A stretch of 64,000 bases of DNA from Eledone cirrhosa (lineage: Eukaryota): the NCBI GenBank assembly GCA_964016885.1, contig OZ024742.1, forward strand, positions 50,282,001-50,346,000. Reading direction: 5' to 3'. Below are positions 40,470-55,727 of this stretch, one piece after another. Both the position numbers and the translations under genes were made by a program. The first letter of the stretch is position 1. Every line of letters starts with the position of its first letter. The notes beneath the pieces are model-generated. The model searched no databases, was not told the DNA's origin, and saw only the letters and a program-made list of their open reading frames with translations.

Positions 40470-41330
40470 CCTACTGGCTGTTATCCAATGGACAGAAATG
40501 AATAATATGCTGTTGAATGAGGATAAATTTGAACTAATCCTCTTTGAAAAAAGGATGCCCTGAAACTACGATACACTCTTCCTTCGGGTGAAACTCTAAT
40601 GGCTTCCAATAACATCAGAGACCTCGGGATAATTGAGGACAACAATATAAGCTGGGTCACTCATATAAAGAGCAAAGTTGATATGGCCCGCAGAATATGT
40701 TCCTGGATTCACAGAACTTTCCAGTCGAGAGATATCCTTATTGTTGTCCTTCTCTTCTCCACTTTTGCCCGGACCCACCTTGAATAATGTTGTCCACTGT
40801 GGTCACCCCACACGACACAAAGTATTATGAAAGTTGAAGCACCCCAAAGGTCAATTACAAAAAAGATAGTTGGTATGACAAGCCTTGACTTTTGGGGTCG
40901 ATTAAGAAAGCTCAAACTTTATTCTCTTCAACGTCGCCGTGAGCACTATATTATCTGTATGATGTGGAAAATATTCCATCAGCTTAGCCCAAATGATGTT
41001 GGCATCACCTTTAGTGTACACTCGCATCACATAACAACAATACGACACAATTAATTCACCTCAATTAGCCCTGCTCTCTTTAACATTACACCAAAACACA
41101 TCAAAGCAGAGACAGACCCCATCAAGTTCAAGAAGTCTTTGGATAAATTCCTTCAAGAAATCCCGGAAAAGCCTCCTACACCCCGATTTGCCTCCGGAAA
41201 TCAATAACTCTCTACTCGAGTGTGCCATGATGACTAAACACTGATTTGTAAGACTTCGCCAGGTGGTGCTATTAAGTTAGACATGGCTTGGGCCAATACT
41301 GGCCGAAACCTATCAAAGTTATCAAAGTTA
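40470..41330 (+). mobile_element. 3' fragment of a CR1/L2-group LINE
   Basis: IRDLGII, RTHLE*CCPLWSP, QRSITKKI, RLRKLKLYSLQRRR; tail repeats ATCAAAGTT. Confidence 0.85.
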
Positions 41331-41340
41331 TATATATATG

Positions 41341-41445
<105 letters not shown>

Positions 41446-41474
41446 GAGAGTAAAACAAAGAAGCCTTCAATACG

Positions 41475-41517
<43 letters not shown>

Positions 41518-41520
<3 letters not shown>

Positions 41521-41634
41521 TTGAAATAGGATGAAACGAAATTTCATTTATCTCTCTTAGTACGGCACTTACTTGAATGTAAGTATGTATGTATACGTAC
41601 ATACATATATGTATACAGAAGTACGATAGTATGC

Positions 41635-41665
<31 letters not shown>

Positions 41666-42093
41666 CAGGTACACATATATATATATGTACGTATCTGTTT
41701 AGCGGACGTTAATTATAACGCCCGCTTTGTCCGTTTGTAAACAAACGGACAGCCTGATTCATGCCGTACGGTGTTAAGGCAACCACGTCACCTTTTTGTT
41801 GAACACTGACACAGGAACGATGTACTAGTTTTAAGCTTCTTAGCTAACATCAGCACCGTATACCCTTCTGCCAGATGGTTGAACGTTCGAAAGTATATGA
41901 TTTCTTTATGAAAATTAACGGCTGAGCAGCCTAATTTGCATATCGAGTGAGTTCATCGGCCAGGCGCACCGAAAACGATAAGTTGAAATAGGATGAAACG
42001 AAATTTCATTTCCATCTCTTAGTACGGCACTTACTTAAATGTAAGTATGTATGTATACGTACATACATATATGTATACAAACGAACAGTAGTA

Positions 42094-42172
<79 letters not shown>

Positions 42173-42440
42173 GTAATGCATATATATATGTACGTATCTG
42201 TCTAGCGGTATATACTCTCGAACGTTCAACCATCTGGCAGAAGGGTATACGGTGCTGATGATAGCAATGAAGCTTGAAACTAGTACATCGTTCCTGTGTC
42301 AGTGTTGAACAAAAAGTTGACGTGGTTGCCTTAACACCGTACGGCATAAATCAGGCTGTCCGTTTGTTTACAAACGGACAAAGCGGGCGTTATAATAAAC
42401 GTCCGTTAAACAGATACGTACATATATATATGTGTACCTG

Positions 42441-42514
<74 letters not shown>

Positions 42515-42570
42515 TACTACTGTACGTCCGTATACATATATGTATGTAGGTATACATACATACTTACATA
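41518..42570. mobile_element. Family A locus: minus-sense 1.4 units (41518-~42208) plus inverted plus-sense part (~42209-42570)
   Basis: Aligns to the 8431 unit; HHRs at 41817-41859 (mutated) and 42249-42291 (intact core). Confidence 0.9.
42249..42291 (+). ncRNA. Minimal type I hammerhead ribozyme, family A, intact core
   Basis: ACGGTG-CTGATGA-TAGC-AATGAA-GCTT-GAAAC-TA-GTA-CATCGT; predicted cleavage after 42285. Confidence 0.85.
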
Positions 42571-42821
42571 TATATATATATATTTATTAAAATAACAGAT
42601 TATTGAAGTTCCCGTTGAAAATTGAAAAAGTCATACGGGTGAAGAGTGCTCTATATAAGTTACAGCCGCTTTTATGTATGTATGCCTGTAAGTGTGCATA
42701 TGTGTGTATACGTGTTTGTATATCTATACGAATGCATTCGTATGTGCGCGTGTATGTGTGTGTGTGTGTATGTGTGTTTTTATATCTATGTTATTTACAT
42801 ACTTATATATATATGTGTGTG

Positions 42822-42862
<41 letters not shown>

Positions 42863-43583
42863 ATATATATGTATATATATATATATATATATATGGTCGC
42901 GTGCGTGCGTGTGATTAGATGTACATGTATGTATATATATGTGCTTCGTGTGTATGTGTGCGCGCTTGTGTATGTATGTACGCATGCATGTGCTTTTGTT
43001 TGTACGTAATTATATATATATTTATATATATATTTGTGTGTACGAACCTCTGTATGTTTTCTATTTTTCTAGTGTTACTTTATAATTTATAACCCCTCCC
43101 TTTTACTTTCTCTTTGATTTAATTTTTTTATTCTCATATATTTTTTTATTTTTTCATTTTCATATTTTATATTTGCATGTATGTAGTTGCGGGTTTTTGC
43201 CTGTGTTTATAAGCGTGCTTTCATACTTGTGTGTGTGTATATTTCAATGCTTAGTCCCTGAGTCTGTATGTACGCTAACTCTATTATCTTACAATTTCTT
43301 TTTGCAACATATATTATATACGTATTTGTGGTCACACATACACTGATATGCTTGCCCTCATGTATGTACTTACGCACACATTTTTTCACTATACACATGC
43401 ATTTGTACACACACACATATGTACATTTGTAGGTGCATATACACACATTTATACACATACCATTACTATATTTCCTTATGTTATTTTTATATATCTCTTG
43501 CATTACTTTTATTTATATATTTTTTTGCCCGTTAAACTCTTGCCTTTCTTGAGGAGATTTTTTATATATTTCACTATGTTTTA

Positions 43584-43661
43584 AATTGCCTTGTCTGACG
43601 AATGAATGAGGACGTTTCTTGTATTCGTCTTATTCGGGAAACCTCTGGTAATGAGGTAATT
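43584..43661 (+). ncRNA. Type I hammerhead ribozyme with long stems, probably a PLE 3' terminal repeat
   Basis: AATTGCCTTGT-CTGACGA-(~11-bp stem II)-GAAA-CC-TCT-GG-TA-ATGAGGTAATT; 11-bp stem I. Confidence 0.85.
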
Positions 43662-43697
43662 ATATTGTATTGTTTATTATACATTATATATATACAT

Positions 43698-44190
43698 ATG
43701 CCAGGTAAGTTTGTATTGAAACAGCGAGCGAGTTGGAAATAGAAAATAGGAGTTTCGCCGTATTTTGGGCTAAAGAAATTTTAGCCTGATAATGGGCTTT
43801 AGAACCCTCTATGAAATGGAAAAAGATGAGTATTGACGTATATGAAAGTCGAAACCACATCTTTGGTTATTTAAACCACTGTGCTACCATTACACCAATG
43901 CAAAAAGAATACGGCGAAATCTTTTTGTATTTCAATCTCGCACGCATTTTCAAGAGAAACTTACTTGTCATTATCCATGCGATGAATGAAACATCTAATA
44001 TGAATCGGAAGAGATGGGTGATGCGGTGTTTTAATGGTAGCACAGTGGTCTAGATACCAAAAGATGTGGGTTCAGCTTCAATGTACGTTAATACTCCACT
44101 TTTTCCATTTTTTAGAGGACTTTAAACCCCACTATCTGGCTAAAATTTCTTTAGTATAAAATACGGTGAAAGCTGCTATTTTCTATTATA
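43698..44190. mobile_element. Family C: small repeat with tRNA-like A/B boxes in an inverted/tandem arrangement
   Basis: 43738-43892 and 44032-44188 are inverted copies; TAGCACAGTGG at 44038 and GGTTCAGCTTC at 44069. Confidence 0.6.
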
Positions 44191-44199
44191 TATATATAT

Positions 44200-44279
<80 letters not shown>

Positions 44280-44373
44280 ATAGCAATTTATTTTTCCAGC
44301 TTTATAGCATTTCATCGACTGACCACTTTCGTTACAGACACACGCACACACACACACAAACACGCACGCATAC

Positions 44374-44462
<89 letters not shown>

Positions 44463-44571
44463 ATTATGTAATAAACAAAATAAGACAATTATTCCATTTA
44501 ACAAATCTTTCAGGAACACAGAAGAGTGACGACTGAGATCGCTGATCAGAAGGAAAATTTAATAATTAGGT

Positions 44572-44912
44572 AAGTATATACGTTCAACAATCTGGCAGGA
44601 AGGTATACGTTGCTGACGATATCTAATAACCCTGAAACTAGTACACCGTTCCTTTGTCAGTGTTCAACAAACGAGCAACAATGGTTGCTAGACACTACGG
44701 CTTAATACGGGATGTTTTTTTACAAACACACTGAGCATTATCATAAATGTTCGGTGAATCCATACGTACATATATATATATGTGTGCATGTATGTATATA
44801 TATATACATACTACTGTTCGTCTGTATACATATATGTATGTACGTGTACATACTTATATTTACGTAACAACCGTACTAAGAGTGGGAAATGAAATTTCGT
44901 TTCATTTTTTCC

Positions 44913-44916
<4 letters not shown>
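44572..44916 (+). mobile_element. Family A partial unit with HHR at 44607-44649
   Basis: ACGTTG-CTGACGA...GAAAC-TA-GTA-CACCGT; same 3' end as other copies, followed by (AT)n. Confidence 0.85.
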
Positions 44917-44952
<36 letters not shown>

Positions 44953-45567
44953 TATATTAATTGGAAGTGGTCGGACGTTGTATATGTAGTCGGATAAACG
45001 TCGAATAGGCTTGGTGGAGTGCAGCAAAAATGTACACAGCTATGCATAATAACCTAGGAGGCGTTGGGACGACTTTCAAGCTACAAGCTTCCATGGTTAC
45101 GGAGAAAATCGATGAAACAGGAATTTCCCTTTCAAATTGAACTGAGAGTAATCTGTGAACGCAGAAGTAAATATTTCGAGAAACGTTGCAACCGAAGGAA
45201 AACAGGAAGACGATAATGTGGTTCGTGAAGATGTTCCCTGGCAATGAACAAGCGCGGATAATACGTCGTTATGTGGATCGTGAAGAACAATTTCATGCAA
45301 AGACAAGACCAAGTTTATGGTATAAATGAAGTCGCTAGATAAATATTCTATTTAAAATAACAGAATGATTTCCAGCCCCGCAGTTTAAGAATGATGTAAA
45401 TAAAATTGAAAACGAAAATGACAGAGGTTATTAAAATAGTAAAAGTAAATAGTGAAGATTTAGGCCAGTACATATGTATGCCCCGACGGACATACACATA
45501 CATAGGCGCACACAATTACATACACACCGACAAACACACACACACACACATACACTGACACACACAC

Positions 45568-45612
<45 letters not shown>

Positions 45613-45659
45613 AACACACACGCACGCACGCACGCACGCACGCGTATGTATAAAACTTA

Positions 45660-46082
45660 TGCACTTCTCCAGTATTTTCACCAAACTTAAGACATAGGAT
45701 ACTTATGTATTCCGGATGGTCATGGGCACTTTTATTTTTCCAAATATTGATTATAGGGCCTCTCGGCAAGTAACCCTCTTTACCCACCTCCGTGGAGTCG
45801 CCTGAAGCACTGCAGTGCAATGCAACAAAATGTCATAACTTCTGGAGAACGGAACCGATTTTCACAAAACATGACACATGGGCACGTTTGTCCTACAGAT
45901 GAATGTGAACTCTCAGAATTGGCACATATTCAGTAGATGACCCCTGGGGGCAGGAACCCCCTTTTGGAAAAAGCCTATGTCTTTGTAAAAGTATAGTTTT
46001 CGAAGCAGCACTGAAGTATTGATATAAATGATATACACAACTCCTATTTAATACCCGAGCAACGCCGGGTACCTCTGCTAAT
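45660..46082 (+). mobile_element. Non-autonomous Helitron-like fragment (3' end)
   Basis: TACCCGAGCAACGCCGGGTACCTCTGCTA hairpin with a degenerate CTAG; GAACCGATTTTCAC motif. Confidence 0.6.
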
Positions 46083-46122
46083 ATATATATATATATATAT
46101 GTGTTTGTGTGTATGTGTGTGT

Positions 46123-46196
<74 letters not shown>

Positions 46197-46618
46197 GTGC
46201 TTTAATAGAGAGAGAGAGAGTGATCAAAATGCTGGGATATTAATGATTTCTGTAAAATATGTTGTATAGGATAAATTATATCGATTTGAAAAAAAGCACC
46301 TAAACTGCCTACTTAAAACACCAAGAATTTCAGTAAGATTATAGTATCTCCCGCGTCCTAGCTACAAATGTAGCCATCCAAATCATATGTCTATTTAGGG
46401 CGTGGAGCTGATTACCACGCCCCTAACGGCAGTAGCATATCAAAAAGAAAATTTCCCAAACTCTGCACGTTTCTACAGAGAACAAGTCAAAGGGTTATAA
46501 CGCAATCACTTTGACGTCTTCGAAAAATATATAACAGTATTATATAATAAACAAATGATGTACCTTTAAAACTGCCACTCTTCGTTATAATATATATCTA
46601 TATATATATATATATATA

Positions 46619-48123
<1,505 letters not shown>

Positions 48124-48383
48124 TGGGGAGAGAAGAGAGGAAAGAGAGATATGTTTGTTTCTGTGTTGACCTCTGTATTTGTAGATCCTATTGCTAAAGC
48201 GAGTGATACCTTTCACAGGCTACCCAACAGACCATAATGAATGAAGGCTATAACAATGGTAAGAAACCTGTATGTTTTAGGCATATTGGACAAAGAAACA
48301 TGATAAAACATGTACATAGAGATGTAGTACAAGACAACTAAAAAGATATGACGAAAAGTAATCGTGGGAAAAAGAGAAATAAT

Positions 48384-48571
48384 TGTTTCTACGTTAGGCA
48401 CAAGGCCAGCAATTACACAGTGTATTACTGGTACTTTATTTTATCGACCCCGTAAGGATGAAAGGGAAAGTTAACCTCGGCGGGATTTGAACTCAGAATG
48501 GCAAGGGCCGTAACTCTATGCGTCAAAGCATGGCGTCCGACCCTCTAGCTATACTGCCAATCCACCGCCTC
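48384..48571 (-). mobile_element. Full-length OK-type SINE (further decayed copies at 48861-49040 and ~54460-54615)
   Basis: Core match and tRNA-like head; 15-bp TSD AAAAAGAGAAATAAT at 48369-48383 and 48573-48587. Confidence 0.9.
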
Positions 48572-49098
48572 AAAAAAGAGAAATAATGTTACTAAGTAAT
48601 TCTAATGATAATACATGAACAATAATTAATGATAAGGAGGGGGGGGGATCTGCTCAATTACTCTTGTTACAACGGGCAGTAAGTGGGGTGAGAGAATGAC
48701 ATCATGAGAAGCATCTTAACAAGAACGAGTGGGTTAAACAAGATACACATTGGGCGAGATTATAGGGTGCGAGAGTCAAAGTAATAGAAAAGTAGTCGAT
48801 TAACCATAAAAAAAGCGGCGTTGATTATGATACTGCTACTACTACTAATAATAATAGTAATTGTTTCTACTTTTGGCACAAGGCCAGCAATTACCCAGTG
48901 CATTATCGATCCTTTATGTTATCGATCCCGAAAGGATAAAGGCAAAGTTAACTTCGATGGGATTCGAACTCAGACTGTAAAGGTACGTAACTATGCTAGA
49001 AAGCATGGTGTCCGACCCTCCTTCGATATTGCCAATTCACCACACACACATACACACACACACATGTACACACACACGCACACAAACATACACACACA

Positions 49099-49232
<134 letters not shown>

Positions 49233-49241
49233 TAGATAGAT

Positions 49242-49287
<46 letters not shown>

Positions 49288-49299
49288 GGGGGGGGGAGA

Positions 49300-49940
49300 A
49301 AATTAGGATTTAGCTTCGAGCATAGCAGTATAGAGATATGTATTGTAATTTCGTATTTCTAAAGAAATACGGTATATATATATAAATAACAATTTAGAAA
49401 TCTGTATCTATGCAAAAGCCCCTACAGCTATCGCCAACTAGCGGTGTCCAGCCGAAGCATTTCTAACTGAAATGGTTCTTGTCAGGACGACCCTTCCAGC
49501 TCTTGAAACTGCTGGACATATCTGTATACAGCTATGCCCGAAACTAACCCCCCATTCTATTATGTTATATGTTGAACCAACTTATACAGCTTCATATGCA
49601 AATTACATTAATCATCTCATTTACACAAACGGGACACTATATATTATTGCCTGTTTTGAAAGTCCAGCAGTTGCAAGAGCGGGAGGGATCATCTTGGCGA
49701 GACAAGTTCAGTTCGACATCCGCATAGACGATTGTCCCCCTTGATTCTGCTGGACACCGCCATGTGGCAATAACTAGTGGTGTTTTTGTATAGCTACAGC
49801 ATTCTAAATGTTTATTTATAAACATACCATATTTTTTTATACAGCTATGCTCGAAGCTAAATACTATGTCTATTCTTTTATAAGTTGAGTCAACTTATAC
49901 AGCTTCAAAGGCAAATAGTAATCACCACATTTACACATTT
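49300..49940. mobile_element. Family B locus: minus-sense 3' part 49300-49518 plus inverted plus-sense 1.3 units 49520-49940
   Basis: Homologous to the 18221 and 54890 loci; decayed HHR at ~49688-49732. Confidence 0.8.
49596..49643 (+). promoter_or_regulatory. Putative snRNA-type promoter of family B (octamer, 34 nt, TATATA)
   Basis: ATGCAAAT at 49596-49603 and TATATA at 49638-49643; same spacing as family A. Confidence 0.5.
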
Positions 49941-50799
49941 TTCATACCTACTTCTTTCTAAATGTTTTTAATTAAACATACAGTATATTGCCAAATATAC
50001 TATACATACATTCATATATATATAAGTATGTATGTATGTATGTATGTATGCATGTATGTATTACTAAGAGTGAGAAATGGAATTTCGTTTCATTCTATTC
50101 ATATATAAACTTAAGAAAATTAACAAATAGAAGACAACGAACGGGAAAATAACAAAACGAAAAGCAATTTTTTAAGAGGAAATTTAAAAAGATAATTTAA
50201 AAAAATAAAAATGCAAACGAATGACACAGAACTGCTTGGTCATCGGCCGTTGAGATGGACTTTGGGAGTTTCGACCCCTACTAACAGTTTTCTGTTCCAC
50301 CCGGGTCACGGCGTCTGACATGAACTAAACGCTGTCCGGTGGAGTAATAGACGAGAGTCAAAACCTGAATTTATAGCAATTAAGCTAAATATATACATAG
50401 AATTTTCTGTGACGCCAGGGAAAATGTTTGATCCCTCAGGTGGCACGAGCCATGAATGAAATAAAGAAGAAATAAAGAAGAAAAAAGTAAGAAGAAACTA
50501 AAATATCGTATTAAAAAAATGTAATATAACGTTCATTGGATGTTTCGACCCTGAACCGTAACAACCTCACACTGATGGGTCTGCAGGGGTGGCCAAAGTG
50601 CTGACCATCATCCTCTCCTGGATTCAAACTTACATCCTTTCTGCTGCTCCAAACAAAGATGAAGTTTTTTCCGCTGCCTCACCCACCCTACGAACTGCAG
50701 CCTTTTTCTATAGAACTATAAACAAATGTAAATACGGGGGTGGGATAAAAGTTCATACCCTATGAAGGAGTGATGATGTGTGGGTGTGGGTGGGTGTGC

Positions 50800-51335
50800 T
50801 GATAAGAAATGGGCTATATGCAGTATAAATCCTCAATTGTAAAACTAGAAATGTAGTCTATGGAATGAGATGTACAGAGGATACTTGCAGAAACATGACA
50901 ATGACATACATTGGAGAGACAGTTGGGAGAATAGAGGAGAGAATAGACCAACACTGGATTGAACTAAAGGGACAAAAAGACGGTTCGGTATTATATGAAC
51001 ACACCAGACAAAGACATGATGGTTGTATAGACAACGGAGAAATTAAAATAATATTTAAACATAGAAATGACTCAACAGATATTCAAATGAGAGAAGCAGC
51101 TAAGATAAATATAAATAGAGACAGGTAAAATAACAACAGCCACACATAAATACACACTCGTTAGCAAAGATAAAATACAAACACGCACCAAACAGAAAAT
51201 GCACACGCAAACGCAAAGAGAGACTAGAATAAATACATGAATAAAGATGGAATTGGCATGTCAATACAACGGGAGGAAACATGATACTACCACTGATGAT
51301 GAGACTGGTGTGTGGTGAAAGAATATTAATAGACT
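50800..51335 (+). mobile_element. PLE 3' fragment (GIY-YIG end), related to 39516-39992
   Basis: CKTRNVVYGMRC...TYIGETVGRIEERIDQH...ININRD. Confidence 0.8.
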
Positions 51336-51581
51336 ATATATATATATATATATTTACATCTATATTTTTAACCGTTGGTCAATCAATGTTAAACATTTAT
51401 TGCTAGATAAATTAACTATAGGGAAATAAATTATACAGAAGCGAAAACCAGCCCAAACCAAACCAAACAATGAGTGTGTTTTTTTATTATTTCTGGCAAT
51501 ATTATAACAATATGACCCCCCCCCCCCCTCCCAATATAACAATATATACATATACACGGACATATACACACACAAACATAC

Positions 51582-51648
<67 letters not shown>

Positions 51649-51679
51649 CATACACATATATATATACATACATATATAT

Positions 51680-51728
<49 letters not shown>

Positions 51729-51737
51729 CATACATAC

Positions 51738-51848
<111 letters not shown>

Positions 51849-51871
51849 CATACATATATATATATACATAC

Positions 51872-51902
<31 letters not shown>

Positions 51903-52099
51903 CACACATACATATATATATGGTGGCTGCCAACTCGTTTTCGAGTACAGCCACTACTTTATATCCATGTAGGAGAACCCCTACTGATGCGCTGAACGAG
52001 CGTGACTTTTTAGTCCAGCCAACGCTATCCGCAAGGCTATACGGAGGGAGGGCCTCGACATCAACCTGGCCCACTCGGGCCCCTCCCTGCGAAGATGCC

Positions 52100-53097
52100 T
52101 CTCCAGGAAACCCAGGAAATCTACTGACGCATGCTCCCTCAGAGACTGCCCGATACGCCATGCGAACCGTTGCCTACGCACATACGTCGTGTATAAGATA
52201 GAATGTGACAGGTGCAACCAATACTACATAGGTAGCACACTCCGACCTTTTCACATCCGGATCAAGGAACACACTAAAACCAGGGCCTCGTCTTTCCGGA
52301 AACACATAGACAAATGCGGAAAAAAAGACAGAAGGCCCATTGTCACAATTCTAGCGACTGAAAGAAACGTCGGCACGATACGTATCAAGGAAGCGCTTTT
52401 TATCAAACCCCTGCAACCGCAAATAAACAACCGATCAGAGAGAAGCGAAATGAGATGGCTGGTTTGATCTAACATACGATGCAGCAACACACGCACACAC
52501 ACACACACACACGAGACAACTACACACACACACGCACACACACACAGTCGCATTCCACCATACGAATATACTACACTGCTAATACAGAGGAACAAGGCAA
52601 CAACACACGCACACACACACGCAAGTGAGACAACAACACACGCACACACACACAAAGTAACATTTAACAAACAGGCAGAGAATGGACTGACAGCTAGCGC
52701 CATCCCACTCCCTCATTCGGCCGCTGACCTCTGCCCGACCCATCCCATTTCACGCGCACGTGCGCTCTGCCGAATACCTCAGATATTCCAAACAACAAAC
52801 ATCGGAGAACGCGTTTCGCACCTGTCCGACATATAACCTTTCCCCCACCCAGGAAAAAACCCCAGTTGATGGATGTGAATCCGAAATATATAGGGACAAT
52901 TAAATCTCTCCCAAGGTAACTCTCTCTCGTGTTGTTATTTTTATTTTATCCTTTAAACTCTTTCCTTCATTCGTCTACACGTCTTATACACACCACGCAT
53001 CTCAACGTACACCCACTTACATCTCTCTCCCCACCACCGGATCGTGTTACCCGGAGATTTACCCATTTGCATTGTCGAGGCTTCCAAACGACTTAAA
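52100..53097 (+). mobile_element. PLE 3' fragment of another family (GIY-YIG at 52189-52467, then 3' UTR)
   Basis: [28 protein letters not shown]...IKEALFI...PQINNR. Confidence 0.85.
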
Positions 53098-53105
53098 TAT
53101 ATATA

Positions 53106-53166
<61 letters not shown>

Positions 53167-53167
53167 A

Positions 53168-53294
<127 letters not shown>

Positions 53295-54889
53295 ATGTAT
53301 GTATCAAGAGAGCGAGAAAGAGATCTGGGTGAGTTGTTTGCGTAAGGGTGTTCTTTTATGCACGTGTGTCTACATATGACCACCGAATTTTTCACGTATT
53401 TACATGTTTTTGATATATACTTACGCTTATTACGGGTTGAACAATGTACAAAAATAAATAGAAATAAAAATAGGACACACAGTATTGTCATTAAGGAATT
53501 AATCCTTGTTGTAATTTTCCTTGCTTAATGAAGGCCATTATATTCGATAAAATAAATTTAGCTGATAACAATGTTACCAGACATTGTTAATTGTCAGAGA
53601 ATATACATCTAGATGTTTTCTTTGTCACTAATTATGCCCTTATGTTATTAGCCCTTCACGTGTCATTATTCTACACGAAAATGTGTAACTGCAATTACCT
53701 TCATAATTTCTCTTCTATTACTTCGTATTCCACCTCCTCATAAATTCCTCTAACTCAATTTACTTAGTATCACCATATATGAGATGCTATATATCCGGAT
53801 ACACGAATCGACTATTTTATGTAATCTTATTGGCTGAGATTCTTACACGTATGCTCTATCGTTGAAATAATATAGGTATGCGTTAAATAATGTTAACACT
53901 AGTATTTCTGTGTTTTCACACGTAAAATTAAATGTATAGAATAAGCCACGGACAAAAGTGTCATAACATATAATGAAATTAATTCAACTCACATTATATT
54001 TGGATGTTAGATATTACACATAGGCAGATTGGCCTTGTGAGAGATTAAATAGACGGAAAGTCCAACAGATCATATGATGCTATTGGCATTGAAATGAATC
54101 CATGAGCAAACAAAGGGAATTAGTTAACATAGTTCATTGCACATTACATATGATAGCATAATATCGAGATACTAGGAATATGTAGCTGTATTTATCTCAT
54201 GCCCTCGAAATATAATCGATAACATCTGTTTTTATCAACTCCCTATAAACACTAGACAGAAATCTGTACTCGCTTTTCACCATATGGCTGGATAACTCGT
54301 AACACCTGAAGGGATCTTAAGGGTTCCGTATTGACATACGGAATTTCTAGGGAATTTAAAAACCTGTCGGAGCCCATCCGTCTTCATATATATAGCAGAT
54401 TTCTTACAGAGAAGTATAGTGAGTGAGAGAATGGAAGTGAGGAAAAGGCACAGGATGATTCGGCCCCAGTACTAGACTGCTATTCATTATCGAACTAGAA
54501 TAGATGAAAGGCAAAGTTGACCAAACCGGGATTTGAACACAGAGAGCAGAGAGCCGAATCGAATATTGTAAAGTATTCTATCCGACGTTATAACGAATCG
54601 GCTAATTTGCCGCCTTCTTCACTACACACATACACACACACACACACACATACACACACACATATATAAATATATATATATATTTATATTGTTATACTTG
54701 GAGAGGTTCATATTGTAGTAATAATATTGGCAGAAATAATAACAGAACACCCTCACTGTTTGGTTGGTTTTCGCTTCCGTATCTTTTATATCTCCACAGT
54801 TAATTCATTCGGTCCTCAATGTTTATCATTGACTGACGAACGGTCAAAAATACAGATATAATATAGATATAAACACATATATATAGTCT

Positions 54890-55425
54890 TGTCCAGCAGA
54901 AGCAAGGGGGACAACCGTCTATGCATTTCAGGCTTGACTGGCCTTCTTCAGGGCTGTCCCTCCCACCGCTTGCAACAGCTGGACTTGAAAACAGTCGAGA
55001 ATATATACTTTTCTCGTCTGTGTAAATGAAGTGATTAATCTCATTTGAAGCTGTATAAGTTGGCTCAACTTAGAATAGAAATAGGACTTGGCTTCAGGCA
55101 TAGCGTTATACAATATGTATAGAAATTTCGTATTTCTATAGAAACACGGTTTTAGGGAGCCGTAGCTATGCAAATTCAAATGAAATTAATCCCCTCGTTA
55201 ACAAGTCCAGCAGTTGCAAGCGGTGGGAGGGACCGTCCTGAAGAAGGCCAGTCAAGCCTGAAATGCATATACGGTTGTCCCCCCTTCTTCTGCTGGACAC
55301 CACCAGAGGGCGTTAGCTCCGGTGTTTGCATAGCAACGGCATCCTAAAACCGTATATCTTTAGAAATACGAAATTTCTATACATATTTGTATAACGCTAT
55401 GCTTAAAGCGAAATCCTATTTATTT
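54890..55425. mobile_element. Family B locus: inverted minus-sense 54890-55175 plus plus-sense 3' part 55176-55425; HHRs with intact cores at 54914-54957 (minus) and 55232-55275 (plus)
   Basis: Consensus of the two arms ACCGTC-CTGAAGA-AGGC-CAGTCAA-GCCT-GAAA-TGCATA-GACGGT. Confidence 0.88.
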
Positions 55426-55727
55426 ATATGTATATATATATATATATAAAATTTAAAAAAATAAAAGTGAAAAAGCAGAGAAATATAATTAAAGATTACT
55501 ATTTTCTTTAATCCGTCAGAATGAATTATGTTCTAATTGTTATCTTCAATATAACCAGTTTTGATTTGTAAAACAATCTCATCAAATAGTAAACATTCAA
55601 TATAAAAAAAATGTGTTTATGTATTCTGTGAGAATGTTGAACAATGAAAACAGAAGCTAGGTGTAGGTAGAGTGTTATTTCATTGTTTTACGATCGTTTC
55701 AAAGGGTCGTTGGATCGTTATATATAT

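Noticed and set aside
43698-43713. Reverse complement resembles the U1 snRNA 5' end (ACTTACCTGGC)
   Set aside because: Only 11 nt, equivalent to a consensus 5' splice site; no U1 body follows.
46396-46425. Isolated hairpin GGGCGTGG...CCACGCCC
   Set aside because: Single 8-10 bp stem with no second copy or context.
51290-51325. CTGATGA...GAAA after a GIY-YIG fragment
   Set aside because: Position fits a PLE HHR but stems I and II do not pair; too decayed to call.
52860-52896. CCC...GGAT-GTGA-ATCC-GAAA-TATATA-GGG
   Set aside because: Stems fit a minimal HHR but the CUGANGA core is lost (AGTTGAT); not counted.
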